From NCBI GenBank assembly GCA_002269645.1, contig NIVC01002163.1, positions 1 through 64,000 of the forward strand: a DNA stretch of 64,000 bases. Reading direction: 5' to 3'. The stretch comes from Macrostomum lignano (Eukaryota). A model generated the notes under the pieces. It saw only the letters and a list, made by a program, of their open reading frames with translations. It did no database searches and was not told the origin of the DNA. Every line of letters begins with the position of its first letter. Within the stretch, counting starts at the first letter, position 1. The position numbers and the translations under genes are program-made. This document shows positions 43,716-54,601 of this stretch, one piece after another.

Positions 43716-46183
43716 CGCGCGAGTTGACCTTCGGGCTCCTTGAATGTCAGCAGGTGCGTTAGAGACTGATGATCGACCCGCACGGTGAACTTCCGAGGCA
43801 GCAGGTAATTCCGGAACTTCCTGACATGCTCAACGACGGACAGCAGCTCCCGCCTCGTTACACAGTAGTTGCGCTCGGCTTTTGTTAGTGCTCTGCTGGA
43901 GTACGCGATGACTCGTTCTTCGCCCGCCTGCAGTTGAGAGAGTACCGCACCAATGGCGCAGTCGCTGGCGTCAGTGTCCAGAATGAACTCCGAGCTGGTC
44001 GCACTAGTATCCGGGAAGGCGAGGATTGGAGCAGAGGTCAGTGTTGCCTTCAGTTGGTCGAATGCTTCTTGGGCCTTGGACGTCCACTGAAACCTTTCTG
44101 TCGGAACCGTCAGGCGTCGTAGCGGCTCGGCGATCTTTGAATAATCCCGAATGAACCGTCTATAGTAGGCTGCGAGACCTAGGAAGCTCTTGACCTCCTT
44201 GGAAGTTCGGGGTGTAGGCCAGTCTCGGATCGCAGCAGTCTTTGACTCGTCGACGGTGATACCCGACTTGGAAACTCGATGGCCCAAGACGATCATCGTG
44301 GTGTTGGCGAAATGGCATTTAGATGGCTTCAAGCGTAGGTTCGCGTCCCGCAGCCGCTCGAACACCGCCCGCAGCCGATAGTTGTGCTCCTCGATAGTCC
44401 GGCCCATGACAATAACGTCGTCGATGAAGACCAGGCACGCTTGCCAGGTCAGGCCTTGGAGCACCAGCTGCATGAGGCGTTGAAAGGTTGCCGGGGCATT
44501 GCGCAGACCAAACGGCATGACGTTGAACTCGAAGAGGCCTTGATGGCAGATGAAAGCAGTTTTCTCTTTGTCGCGCTCCTCGACCTCAACCTGCCAGTAG
44601 CCACTCTCCAGATCGAGTGCCGAGAAGTAGGCGTTGCCTTGCAGCGCATCGAGTGTGTCGTCGATCCTCGGAATTGGAAAAGCGTCCGGCTTGGTGACCT
44701 CATTGAGCAGTCGATAGTCTAAGCAAAAGCGCGCTGTCCCGTCCTTCTTACGAACAAGCACGATTGGCGAAGCCCAAGGCGATGAAGACGGCCGGATTAC
44801 TCCTTTGGTCAGCATGTCGTCGATCAATTCGGCCTGCTTGTCGATGACTGGACGCGCTGCACGCCGCAAACCCTGCCGGATCGGCCTTGCCCCGCCGGTG
44901 TCGATGCGATGCTGCAGGACTGCAGTTCGACCAGCATTGCCAGGGGATGCAAAAACGGTGCTGAACTCTAACAGCAAATCCTTGACCGACTGTTGCTCTT
45001 CGACGGAGATAGAGCTTTCGATGTGCACGTCGTTCAGCCAGTTGGTGCGAGGTAAGTCCGTCGCTAAAGCTGTTGTTGATGTAGCCGTGCTGACCGCGAC
45101 CGTCGCCGCCGTGCTGCCAGCGGCCGTCGCCGCCGTGCTGCCAGCGGCCGTCGCCGCCGTGCTGCCAGCGGCCGTCGCCGCCGTGCTGCCAGCGGCCGTC
45201 GCCGCCGTGCTGCCAGCGGCCGTCGCCGCCGTGCTGCCAGTGGCCGTCGCCGCCGTGCTGCCAGTGGCCGTCGCCGCCGTGCTGCCAGCGGCCGTCGCCG
45301 CCGTGCTGCCAGCGGCCGTCGCCGCCGTGCTGCCAGTGGCCGTCGCCGCCGTGCTGCCAGTGGCCGTCGCCGCCGTGCTGCCAGCGGCCGTCGCCGCCGT
45401 GCTGCCAGCGGCACCCGATTGCTGAACGAATGGCTGACTTCCTAGCGGGGAAAAGATGCCAACAATGTCGCCGTCGCTGATGTTGACCGTGTGGTCGTCG
45501 ACGTTGATGACTGCTAGGCCCATGCCTCTCTCGACCAGCTTGGCAACACAACGACCCACCAGGAGCCCCTGTGATCTTGTGCCGGTGACGACTCCTGGAC
45601 ACTCCGATCGCGTCCACGAGGCCGACTTTGCTGGTTTAACGGGGATTATCCAGCGCTCCCCTGGCTGCAGCTGCACGGAGGCCGCTGATACGAGCTTGCA
45701 GGTCTGTGCTGCCTCTTTACTTTTTCGAGCTGGAATCGACACGCCTAGGCTGTTGAAAGTGATGCAACCGGCTTGGAGATGGACCGAGACGTCGTGTTCA
45801 CTGAGGAAGTCACAGCCCAGGATGACGGACGTCGGGTGAAGCTTCTCGAGTACGACGAAACGATGATGGACTTGTACGGTTCCCAGAGTCACTGCCAAAG
45901 TAGTCTCGCCCAGCACAGACTGTAGGTTGCCATCCACGCCTCTTATGATGATGCTGCTGGGCTGCAGCCGCCGCCTAGCTTTCTTACATATGTCATCGCT
46001 GATGCAGGACACCTCTGCCCCGGTGTCGATCAGACAGTGGCGCCGTCGTCTAAGGATGCGCGCTGTGACGAAGCGCACCTGGCCAGGCTGGCAGCTGCTG
46101 AGGCGTGGTGTTGAGGCCGAATGCGTTAGTGCTGAGAGGGCCGGTGCTGGCCTCGTGAACCAGCCCCCTCGGCGTTTGGGCAA
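43487..46183 (-). CDS. pol: Gypsy Pol: aspartic protease, RT, RNase H (-1 frame relative to gag)
   Basis: LIDTGAEVS (PR), RFCLDYRLLN / MPFGLRNAP / FIDDVIV (RT), LDTDASD / NADALSR (RH). Confidence 0.95.
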   Translation of the reverse strand: MPKRRGGWFTRPAPALSALTHSASTPRLSSCQPGQVRFVTARILRRRRHCLIDTGAEVSCISDDICKKARRRLQPSSIIIRGVDGNLQSVLGETTLAVTLGTVQVHHRFVVLEKLHPTSVILGCDFLSEHDVSVHLQAGCITFNSLGVSIPARKSKEAAQTCKLVSAASVQLQPGERWIIPVKPAKSASWTRSECPGVVTGTRSQGLLVGRCVAKLVERGMGLAVINVDDHTVNISDGDIVGIFSPLGSQPFVQQSGAAGSTAATAAGSTAATATGSTAATATGSTAATAAGSTAATAAGSTAATATGSTAATATGSTAATAAGSTAATAAGSTAATAAGSTAATAAGSTAATAAGSTAATVAVSTATSTTALATDLPRTNWLNDVHIESSISVEEQQSVKDLLLEFSTVFASPGNAGRTAVLQHRIDTGGARPIRQGLRRAARPVIDKQAELIDDMLTKGVIRPSSSPWASPIVLVRKKDGTARFCLDYRLLNEVTKPDAFPIPRIDDTLDALQGNAYFSALDLESGYWQVEVEERDKEKTAFICHQGLFEFNVMPFGLRNAPATFQRLMQLVLQGLTWQACLVFIDDVIVMGRTIEEHNYRLRAVFERLRDANLRLKPSKCHFANTTMIVLGHRVSKSGITVDESKTAAIRDWPTPRTSKEVKSFLGLAAYYRRFIRDYSKIAEPLRRLTVPTERFQWTSKAQEAFDQLKATLTSAPILAFPDTSATSSEFILDTDASDCAIGAVLSQLQAGEERVIAYSSRALTKAERNYCVTRRELLSVVEHVRKFRNYLLPRKFTVRVDHQSLTHLLTFKEPEGQLARWLQTLDEFDFRVLYRPGRQHNNADALSRQQQRCTNQCRVCRQMRPPAGRHPRLPARPTPTVMPPLPPRSTQRPSS

Positions 46184-47250
46184 TTGCGTCGGATGTGGCC
46201 CGGCTGACCGCAGCCGAAACAGTTGGAACTAGCCGGTGATTGCTGTCGTTGCTGTCCTCGACCGCCAGATGAGGCAGGCTGCTGAGGCATTAGTGGTTTC
46301 GGTGGCGCTGAAAGTTGGCTCTGTGGTGGTCTCGGTTGCTGGGGCTGGATTTCGCCACGGCCAGCATCCATGTAGGCCCGGGTTTCTCGAAGCTGCTGGG
46401 CTATTCGTAGAACCTGCTCCACAGTGCTTGGTGGTGTTGGTTGATTCAGTAGTCGCTCGGTGACGTAGCCGTCATTGAGACCATGCATGAACTGCTCGCT
46501 AACTGTCTGTTGGACGTAAGCCTGAGCTCTTGGGTCCGGGTATGCCCTTGCAGCTAGCCGTTGAAGCTCCGTCAGGTACGTTTCGAAGCTCTCCTCTGGT
46601 CGACGCTGCCGAGCACGGAACTCGCGGCGAAGTAACGCTGCACTCTTGGCCCCGCCGTGACGAGACCGGAGGTGTTCAACGAGGCCCTCATAGCGGACAC
46701 CAGGTAGCTGGTCCAGGGTTGTCCCCGGTGGCAGTCCGACGTAGGCACACTGGATCGCCAGCCAGGTGGAGTACGTTGCAAAAGCCGGTCCGAGGAACGC
46801 AGTCAGGGTGTTGATCTTGTCGGCGTCTCGAAGGCCTGGGAACCGGCTAATATAGGCGCTGATCCTGATGAGAAAGTCGTCGAAATCCTCCCGACCGTTG
46901 TACGGTGCAGGCTTAGGTACTGGCGGAAGAGCCGGTACTGGATTGTAGTCTGGCAGCGCTGCGTATCCGTGAGCTGGAGGATAGGCGTACTGCTGCATTG
47001 CTGAGGCCTGCCCTGACGCTTGGTCGATGTCTTCAAGGAACGGGTTGGTTGAGACTTCCGCCGAGTGTGCCCTCTGAAGGTCGTTGGCAACGAGGAAGGG
47101 ATTTGTGGCTTCGCTGACTGTGGTCATCGACACGAAGGGGTTGGACGCGTTCGTAGACTCTGTAGAAACGGAAGCTGCCTCGTCGCCTGCGTTGCGCCGT
47201 CGTCCGACGAGACGTCCACGTAGTTCCAGGTAGTCGTCGTTATTCCACAT
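46126..47250 (-). CDS. gag: Gypsy Gag with CCHC zinc knuckle
   Basis: First ATG at 47250, capsid-like region (QRPEESFETYLTELQRLA...EQFMHGL) and CFGCGQPGHIRRNC. Confidence 0.9.
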   Translation of the reverse strand: MWNNDDYLELRGRLVGRRRNAGDEAASVSTESTNASNPFVSMTTVSEATNPFLVANDLQRAHSAEVSTNPFLEDIDQASGQASAMQQYAYPPAHGYAALPDYNPVPALPPVPKPAPYNGREDFDDFLIRISAYISRFPGLRDADKINTLTAFLGPAFATYSTWLAIQCAYVGLPPGTTLDQLPGVRYEGLVEHLRSRHGGAKSAALLRREFRARQRRPEESFETYLTELQRLAARAYPDPRAQAYVQQTVSEQFMHGLNDGYVTERLLNQPTPPSTVEQVLRIAQQLRETRAYMDAGRGEIQPQQPRPPQSQLSAPPKPLMPQQPASSGGRGQQRQQSPASSNCFGCGQPGHIRRNCPNAEGAGSRGQHRPSQH

Positions 47251-47259
47251 GTGGAAAAC

Positions 47260-47273
47260 TGGCGTGGTCGCCA
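47260..47273 (-). other. Primer-binding site, probably tRNA-Arg
   Basis: TGGCGACCACGCCA is complementary to a tRNA 3' end ...GUGGUCG-CCA. The Arg assignment is inferred from similarity to metazoan tRNA-Arg ends. Confidence 0.7.
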
Positions 47274-48699
47274 ATGTAGCCGCGTATTCTTGAGTTTTAA
47301 CTGCCGGGACTTCTTTAGTCAGAGAAAAACTTGATTTATTTGCGTTCCAGCTTGCTTGATTAAATAGACTGACCGCGATGGGGGAGGGCAGGGTGAAAAA
47401 CGCAGCTTAGAAAATCCTAACCAATCGGATTTCGCCGATAGGGTAGGCACTAAGCACTCTATTGGTTGGGGCTCGTTATTCACGCGTTTTCAGCCAATCA
47501 GAAACAAAAAGAAATTTCTAGAAAAGGCTATACGCAGGGGTGGGGTGACGCAGAAAGAAATACGGAGAAAACACTAGAAGTGCACGCGCACGCAAATTGA
47601 GCACTATTACATTTTCCGTTTTTTTCGTAAAGGGCCAGCCATTCTTTCTGATCAAAATTTAGCTACTGTATATTTACTGTAACTATGTACATGGAAACTA
47701 TGCCAAATGCAAACTTAATCATTTTTGTATGCTAATTATGTAGATTGATTGTTGGGACTCGGAACTTTTGGTCCCACCTGCTGGTCTCGGCAATCTCTAT
47801 ACGCCAAGCTGTACGCCAAGAGGGCACGCCAGGCGCCTTTGTACGCCAAGTTGTACGCCAATGTGTAATCTAGGTCCCTCTGTACGCCGGAATTTTCCGG
47901 CGTACATGTATACAATCCGGAGTCTGGAGTACACACGATCAAACTGCTTTTGTGACGCTCTTCTGGTCTTCAGTTAGTAAAAATGCTAAATTATTAAGAT
48001 GACAAAATGGCAGATTATGAGTAATGACAAACTGATTGGGGACTGAACAAATAGATTTTTTCATTAGTTGTTAATGTTAGCTAGGCAGCAGTCTAAGACT
48101 AAGTGATAAGTCTAATATTTTTTTAAGTATAATTCAATATCTTACAATTTGAAATCTAATAATAAAATGCTTTACTCTAAGCTATTGCTATTTCTCTTTG
48201 ACTTCTCTTTGATATTTTGACTTTAGCAAAGCAATCCAAGTAAACCATTTATTTTAATATTAAGGACAGTGGTAATGGTATTTATAATAGCAGTTGTTAT
48301 TTATTTGCACAGTAGGGCCTACCATGTAAATATTGCCAGTGTTATTTACACAGTAACTGAAAAAATACCTTTTAAATAATTATCCTATCAGGGACTACTC
48401 AATATTTTCCCTGTATCTTATATTTTCATAATGAATTTTAACTAACTAAACTTCTAAAGTTGGTAAATAGAGTTTAGGCTTGATTTTATGTGTTGATAGC
48501 TTAGCATTTTTTATTAGCTTTGTACTTGCATACTATTTATGATGCAGAATACAAAAGGGTGTTTTAAAAGAAACAAACAACAATGCAACTTATTTGCTTT
48601 TAAAAAGATACATGTAGATTTGTGGTCAAATATAATTAGACCATAGTTATATGTACTATACAGTTTATAAAACTAGTTTATATATTAGTCTTTTTTTAA

Positions 48700-50924
48700 T
48701 CTCTACCTATAAAAATCAAAACTCTGTCTGTCTGTCTGTCTGTCTGTCTGTGGACAAATTACTTCGCTATGGACTCCCAAACCGCTCAACCAAATTACAC
48801 CAAACTTTACACCCACCCTAAACTTACTACGGAGAATGTCTTAGGCTACCTTTTAATTTCCTAGACTCAAGTCTTCCTACCTAAAAGTACAAAAAACTGC
48901 TCAAAATGCGCGATTTTTTAACTAAATCCTCCATAGCGCCGCTCCACTTCTACCGATTCTCTTCAAATTTGACACAGGCAATTTTCAACTATTTTGACAC
49001 AATCGTGTAAAAGTTACTCCTGAAAGCCGCTGTGCACTTTTAAAGTTAGGCTGTTTTTTCAGCGAGGCAGCCACCCCAACCTCCGCCCGCCTGCCTCTCT
49101 TTCCCGATCTGGGCCCAGATGTGAAAAAGGGGTTTAAAATGACTAACTTTCGGCTGCCATAAGTTTGCTCCACGTGAAGCGATTGACTTCAAACTTGACA
49201 CAATTCTTCATTGACTCATTCTCTGTCTAAATGTTAAGTCTTAACTCTGTAACTCAATCAGAACAGAAACTGTAAGCATGTGAAGTTTGTCTGCTTTTTC
49301 TGTTGTTTGTGGCGCTCAACTCACTCATTCCCGCAGTCCAGACGAAGGGTCAGGCGATAGGGCTCAATGTACATAGCGAATGTACAGTGTTTTGGAATAG
49401 CTTTATTTATAACCTTCTCTGCACCCCGAGAGTGGAGAGGCTACGTTTAGCCATAACAGTTTAGTGAGAATTCTAACCACTGCCCTCCCCTCTGTATTGG
49501 CAAACTCTGCAGCAGTTTAACACTGGATGGCAATTGGCAAATCGAGGGAATCCAGCATGGTTTGTAAAAGCGAAAGATTTATGAAAAGGCGATGCGATGC
49601 AATGCAATATAACCCTACTAAATTAGGCACACCATGGAAATTTTAGGTTTCTTTTAAAGGTACTGTGTAAATTTTAAATGGCCTCCTAAGAAATGCGTAT
49701 TTCCTTGGTTGTTAGACTGATGCAGACTGCAGTGGAGCTGAAGATACAAAAATTCTTTTCAGGGCTTGCAAATTGGCAAGAAAGGTGACATGATCAAAGC
49801 ATGAGAACAGCCATGAGAGTACTACGTCCCACAAACTGGCTTTCTAAGCAGGAATGGGCAGACTTTTACCTCTAAGTCCAGAAAAGAATCCAGCTTATGG
49901 CTGAGGGGCAGTTGAGAGTGGGGAGAAGAAGGAATAGACTATTCGAAAAGAGAGGAGAGGTGAGAGAGGGAATAAGAGAAAAGATAAAAGATAATAGGAG
50001 AGATGAGGGAGTGAGGACGATGAGAGGAGAGAGTAGAGAGGAGAGAGTAGAGGAGCGAGTAGAGAGGAGAGAGTAGAGGAGCGAGTAGAGAGGAAAGAGT
50101 AGAGAGGAGCGAGTAGAGAGGAGAGAGTAGAGTAGCGAGTAGAGAGGAGAGAGTAGAGAGTAGAGTAGCGAGTGGAGAGGAAAGAGTAGAGAGGAGCGAG
50201 TAGAGAGGAGAGAGTAGAAGAGCGAGTAGAGGGGCGAGTAGAGAGGAGAGAGTAGAGGAGCGAGTAGAGGAGCGAGTAGATAGGAGAGAGTAGACAGTAG
50301 AGTAGATAGGAGAGAGTAGACAGTAGAGTAGCGAGTGGAGAGGAGAGTGTAGAGGAGCGAGTAGAGAGGAGTTAGTAAAGAGGAGAAAGGAGAGATAAGA
50401 GAGAGAATGGAAGAGAGAAGAGATAAAGTTGTACAGATGAGAGAGGTGTAAGGAGAGATGAGAAATGAGAGATGAGAGATAAAGGAGGAGAGTGGAGAGA
50501 GAAGAGACGAGACAAGAGATGGAGAGAGTATATAGAAGAGGGAAGAGAAGAGAAGAGAAGAAAGGAGAAAGGAAAGTGAGGAGACAAAAGAGGTGAAAGA
50601 AAAGAGTACAGAGGACAAAATGAGAGAACATTAAGACAGTAAAGATGACAGATGAAAGAGGGGGGATGAGCTGAGAGCAGAGACGAAAATGAACAGACGA
50701 GAGATGGGAGAATAGAGAGAACAGAAGAGAGAGAAGAGAGAAGAGATTACAGAGACGAGAGGAGAGACAAAGGGAGAGAGAAGTGAGTGAGGCGAGAGGA
50801 GAGAAAAGAGGAGAATGGAGGGGAGAGAGTAGAGAGGAGAAGAAAGATGGGAGAGAAGAGATTACAGAGACTAGAGGAGAGAGGAGAGACAGGGAGAGAG
50901 AAGAGGAAATAGGAGAATAAAGAG

Positions 50925-50977
<53 letters not shown>

Positions 50978-51684
50978 CAGAGCAGATAGAAACGAGAAGA
51001 GATAAGAGAGAAAAGATAAAAGAAGAGAAAGGAGAGATGAAAGAGCAGACGAGAGAGAAGAGAGGTGAGGGAAGAGACGGGCGACGAGGGGAGAGAGAAG
51101 ATATAAAACAAGAAAAGAGATGAGTGGAAAGAGAGAGAGGAAAGATGTGAGGGGAGAGACGAGAGAAGAGGGGGAGAGAGGAGAGAGGAGAGGAGAGAGA
51201 AAACGAAAGATTAGAGAGGAGAGAGAAGAGCAGAGAGAAAACGAAAAGTAGAAAGGAGAGAGAAGAGGAGAGAGAAAAGAATAGGGAAGAGAGATGAAAC
51301 AGAAGAGAGATGAGGGAAGATACAAGAGAAGAGAGGAGAGAAGAGAGAGGAGAGACGAGGGATGAGAGAGAAGAAAGGAAACAAAGAGACGATAGAAATT
51401 TTAAAGGATCCAAGGGACGTAGGGAGAGTCAGGGAGAGACCAGAGTTTAGCAATATATGTTTTAGAGTCAGACAGACATTGCCTGACATTCTGCGCAGTA
51501 CCCCAGCCAACAATATCAACGTTTGCCTCAAACCCTAATTTTACACGAATGTGCTCCATTTTATGTCTACCTCTATCCTACTATTAATTTGTTAGTGTAT
51601 GGCCTTAGATTTCAGAATACATGCAAAAGTAGTTCCGGAGATTAGAATTCCCCGGGTTCAAAATCCGCGGGTTTCAACAGCTTG
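48700..51684 (+). mobile_element. Non-autonomous Helitron, copy 1
   Basis: A|TC 5' end (TCTCTACCTATAAAAATCAAAACTCTGTCTGTC), GC hairpin CCCGGGTTCAAAATCCGCGGG about 10 nt before the CTTG 3' end, no TSD, and an internal AG-rich tract. Confidence 0.8.
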
Positions 51685-53714
51685 TCTCTACATATAAAAA
51701 TCAAAACTCTGTGTGTGTGTCTGTGTGTGGACAATTTTGATCGCTATGGACTCCCAAACCGCTCAACCAAATGACACCAAATTTTATACCCACCCTAAAC
51801 TTACTACGGAGAATGTCTTAGGCTACCTTTAAATTTCCTAGACTCAAGTCTTCCTACCTAAAAGTACAAAAAACTGCTCAAAATGCGCGATTTTTTTACT
51901 AAATCCTCCATAGCGCCGCTCCACTTCTACCGATTCTCTTCAAATTTGACACAGGCAATTTTTAACTATTTTGACACAATCGTGTAAAATTTTAAATCTC
52001 AAAGTTAATTCTGAACGGCGCTGTGCACTTTTAAAGTTAGGCTGTTTTTTTCAGCGAGACAGCCACCCCAACCTCCGCCTGCCTGCCTCTCTTTCCCGAT
52101 CTGGGCCCAGATGTGTAAAAGGGTTTCAAAATTGACTAACTTTCAGCTGCCATAAGTTTGCTCCACGTAAAACGATTGACTTCAAACTTGACACAATTCT
52201 TCATTGACCCATTCTCTGTCTAAATGTAAAGTTTCAACTCTGTAACTCAACCGAAAAAGAAACTGTAAGCATGTGAAGTTTGTCTGCTTTTTCTGTTGTT
52301 TGTGCCACTCACTCACTCCACTCATTCCCCCCAGAGCCAGACGAAGGGTCAGGCAATAGGACTGAATGTACATAGCGAATGTACAGTGTTTTGGAATAAC
52401 TTTATTTATAGCCTTCTCGCACCCCGAGAGTGGAGAGGCTACGTTTAGCCATAACAGTTTAGTGAGAAATTCTAACCACTGCCCTCCCCTCTGTATTGGC
52501 AAACTCTGCAGCAGTTTAACAGTGGATGGCAATTGGCAAATCGAGGGAATCCAGCATGGTTTGTAAAAGCGAAAGATTTATGAAAAGGCAATGCAGTGCA
52601 ATACAACCCTACTAAATTAGCCACACCATGGAAATTTTAGGTTTCTTTTAAAGGTAGTGTGTAAATTTTAAATGGCCTCCTAAGAAATGCGTATTTCCTT
52701 GGTTGTTAGACTGATCCAGAGTCCAGACTGCAGTGGAGCTGAAGATTACACAAATTCCTTTCAGGGCTGCAAATTGGCAAGAAAGATGACGTGATCAAAG
52801 CATGTGAATAACGATGAGAATAGTACGTCCCACAAACTGGCTTTCGAAGCAGTGATCGGCAGACTTTTACTTCAAAAGCCAGATAAAGAATCCAGCTCAT
52901 GTGCGGGCCAGATGAGAGTGGAAAAGAGAAGGAATAGACTATTAGAAGAGAGGAGAGGCGAGAGGGGGATTAGAGAAAACATGGAAGATAAGAGGAGAGA
53001 CAAGTGGTGAGGAGAGAGCAGAAAAGAAGGGAGGAAGAAGCGAGAGGAGGGGAGAAAGGAGGGAGAGGAAAGAGTAAAGGTGAGAAGAGGGGAGAGATGA
53101 GACAGAGGATCAATGAGAGGAGAGTAAAGAAGAGTGAGAAGAGAGTAGAGATGAGAGAGCAGAAAGAAGATGACAGAGGGTCAAGAGGAGAGGAGAGAGT
53201 AGAAAGGATAGAGAAGAGAGGAGATAAGAGGGGGAGAGAGGAGTGAGAAGAGAAGAGATAGAGATAAGAGAGGGGTGTAAGAAGAGGGGAGAAAGGAGAG
53301 ATGAGATTGTAGAGATGAGACAAATGAAAGGAGAGATGAGAGAGTAAAGATGAGAGATGAAAAAGGTGAGAGGAGAGTGCAGAGAGACGAGAGAAGATAA
53401 TAGAGGAGAGAGAGAGTATAGAAGAGGGAAGAGAAAAGAAGAGAGGAGTAAGGAAAGAGAGGAGTCAGAAGAGGTGAAAGAGAAGATTACAGAGGAGATA
53501 AGTGAGAGAACGTATTAGAGAGTAAAGATGACAGATGAGAGAGCAGAGATGAGGGTGAACAGACGAGAGATGGGAGAGTAGAGAGAACAGAGGAGAGATA
53601 AGAGAGAAGAGATTACATAGACTAGAGGAGAGAGGAGAGACAGGGAGAGAGAAGAGGAAATAGGAGAATGAAGAGGGGAGAGAGTAGAGAGGAGAAGAGA
53701 GATGGGAGAGGAGA

Positions 53715-53775
<61 letters not shown>

Positions 53776-54601
53776 AGAGACAGAGAGAGAGAGAGAGCGC
53801 AGAGCAGAGAGAAACGAGAAGAGATAAGAGAGAAAAGATAAAAGAAGAGAAAGGAGAGATAAAAACGCAGACAAGAGAGAAGAGAGGTGAGGGAAGAGAC
53901 GAGTGACGAGGGGAGAGAGAAGAGATAAAACAAGAAAAGAGATGAGAGGAAAGAGAGAGAGGAAAGAGGTGAGAGAAGAGAGGAGAGAGTTAAGAGAAGA
54001 GAGAAAAGAATAGAGAGGAGAAGGAAGAGACGAGAGAAGAGGGGGAGAGAGTAGAAGAGAGAAAACGAAAAAGTAGAGAGGAGAGAGGAGAGAGAAAACG
54101 AAAAGTAGAGAGGAGACAGGAGAGAGGAGAGAAGAGAGAAAACGAAAAGTAGAGAGGAGAGAGAGAGGAGAGTAGAGAGAAGAGACAAGAGATAAGAGAG
54201 ATGAAAGAGAAGAGAGATGAGGGAAGATATGAGAGAGGAGAGGAGAGAAGAGAGAGGAGAGACGAGGGACGAGAGAGAAGAGAGGAAACAGAAGAGACGA
54301 TAGAAATTTTAAAGGATCCAAGGGACATAGGGAGAGTCAGGGAGAGACCAGAGTTTAGCAATACATGTTTTAGAGTCAGACAGACATTGCCTGACATTCT
54401 GTGAAGTACCCCAGCCAACAATATCAATTTTTGCTTCAAATCCTAATTTTACATGAATGTGTCCATTTTATGTCTACCTCTTTCCTACTAACTATTAACA
54501 AGTTTTTGTTTGTGCATGACCTTAGATTTCAGAATACATGCAAAAGTAGTTCCGGGGATTGGAATTCCCCGGGTTCAAAATCTGCGGGTTTCAACAGCTT
54601 G
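51685..54601 (+). mobile_element. Non-autonomous Helitron, copy 2 (head-to-tail with copy 1)
   Basis: Starts TCTCTACATATAAAAATC immediately after the CTTG of copy 1 and ends CTTG|T. About 1.1 kb of 5' sequence and about 0.3 kb of 3' sequence align with copy 1. Confidence 0.8.

Larger units (their letters stand above)
41359..47611 (-). mobile_element. Full-length Ty3/Gypsy LTR retrotransposon, very recent
   Basis: 337-bp TG...CA LTRs at 41359-41695 and 47275-47611, identical by eye. 4-bp TSD TTTT, PBS TGGCGACCACGCCAG, short PPT GAAAGGGGAG, and domain order gag-PR-RT-RH-IN. Confidence 0.97.
41070..47927. mobile_element. Non-autonomous hAT-like element (~0.6 kb native) hosting the Gypsy insertion
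   Basis: Imperfect ~33-bp TIRs (CCAGGGTCAGGATCGTGTACCGCTGTACGCCGG vs reverse complement CCAGACTCCGGATTGTATACATGTACGCCGG), perfect 8-bp TSD AGTACACA (41062-41069, 47928-47935), and TGTACGCC subterminal arrays. The superfamily is inferred from TSD length only. Confidence 0.75.

Noticed and set aside
42149-47090. Assorted plus-strand and alternate-frame ORFs over the Gypsy element
   Set aside because: They are GC-rich shadow ORFs of gag/pol with no independent motifs. No env-like ORF was seen between the integrase stop and the 3' LTR (about 250 bp).
49872-54439. Many long hydrophobic ORFs on the minus strand
   Set aside because: They come from the degenerate (AG)n interior of the Helitron copies.
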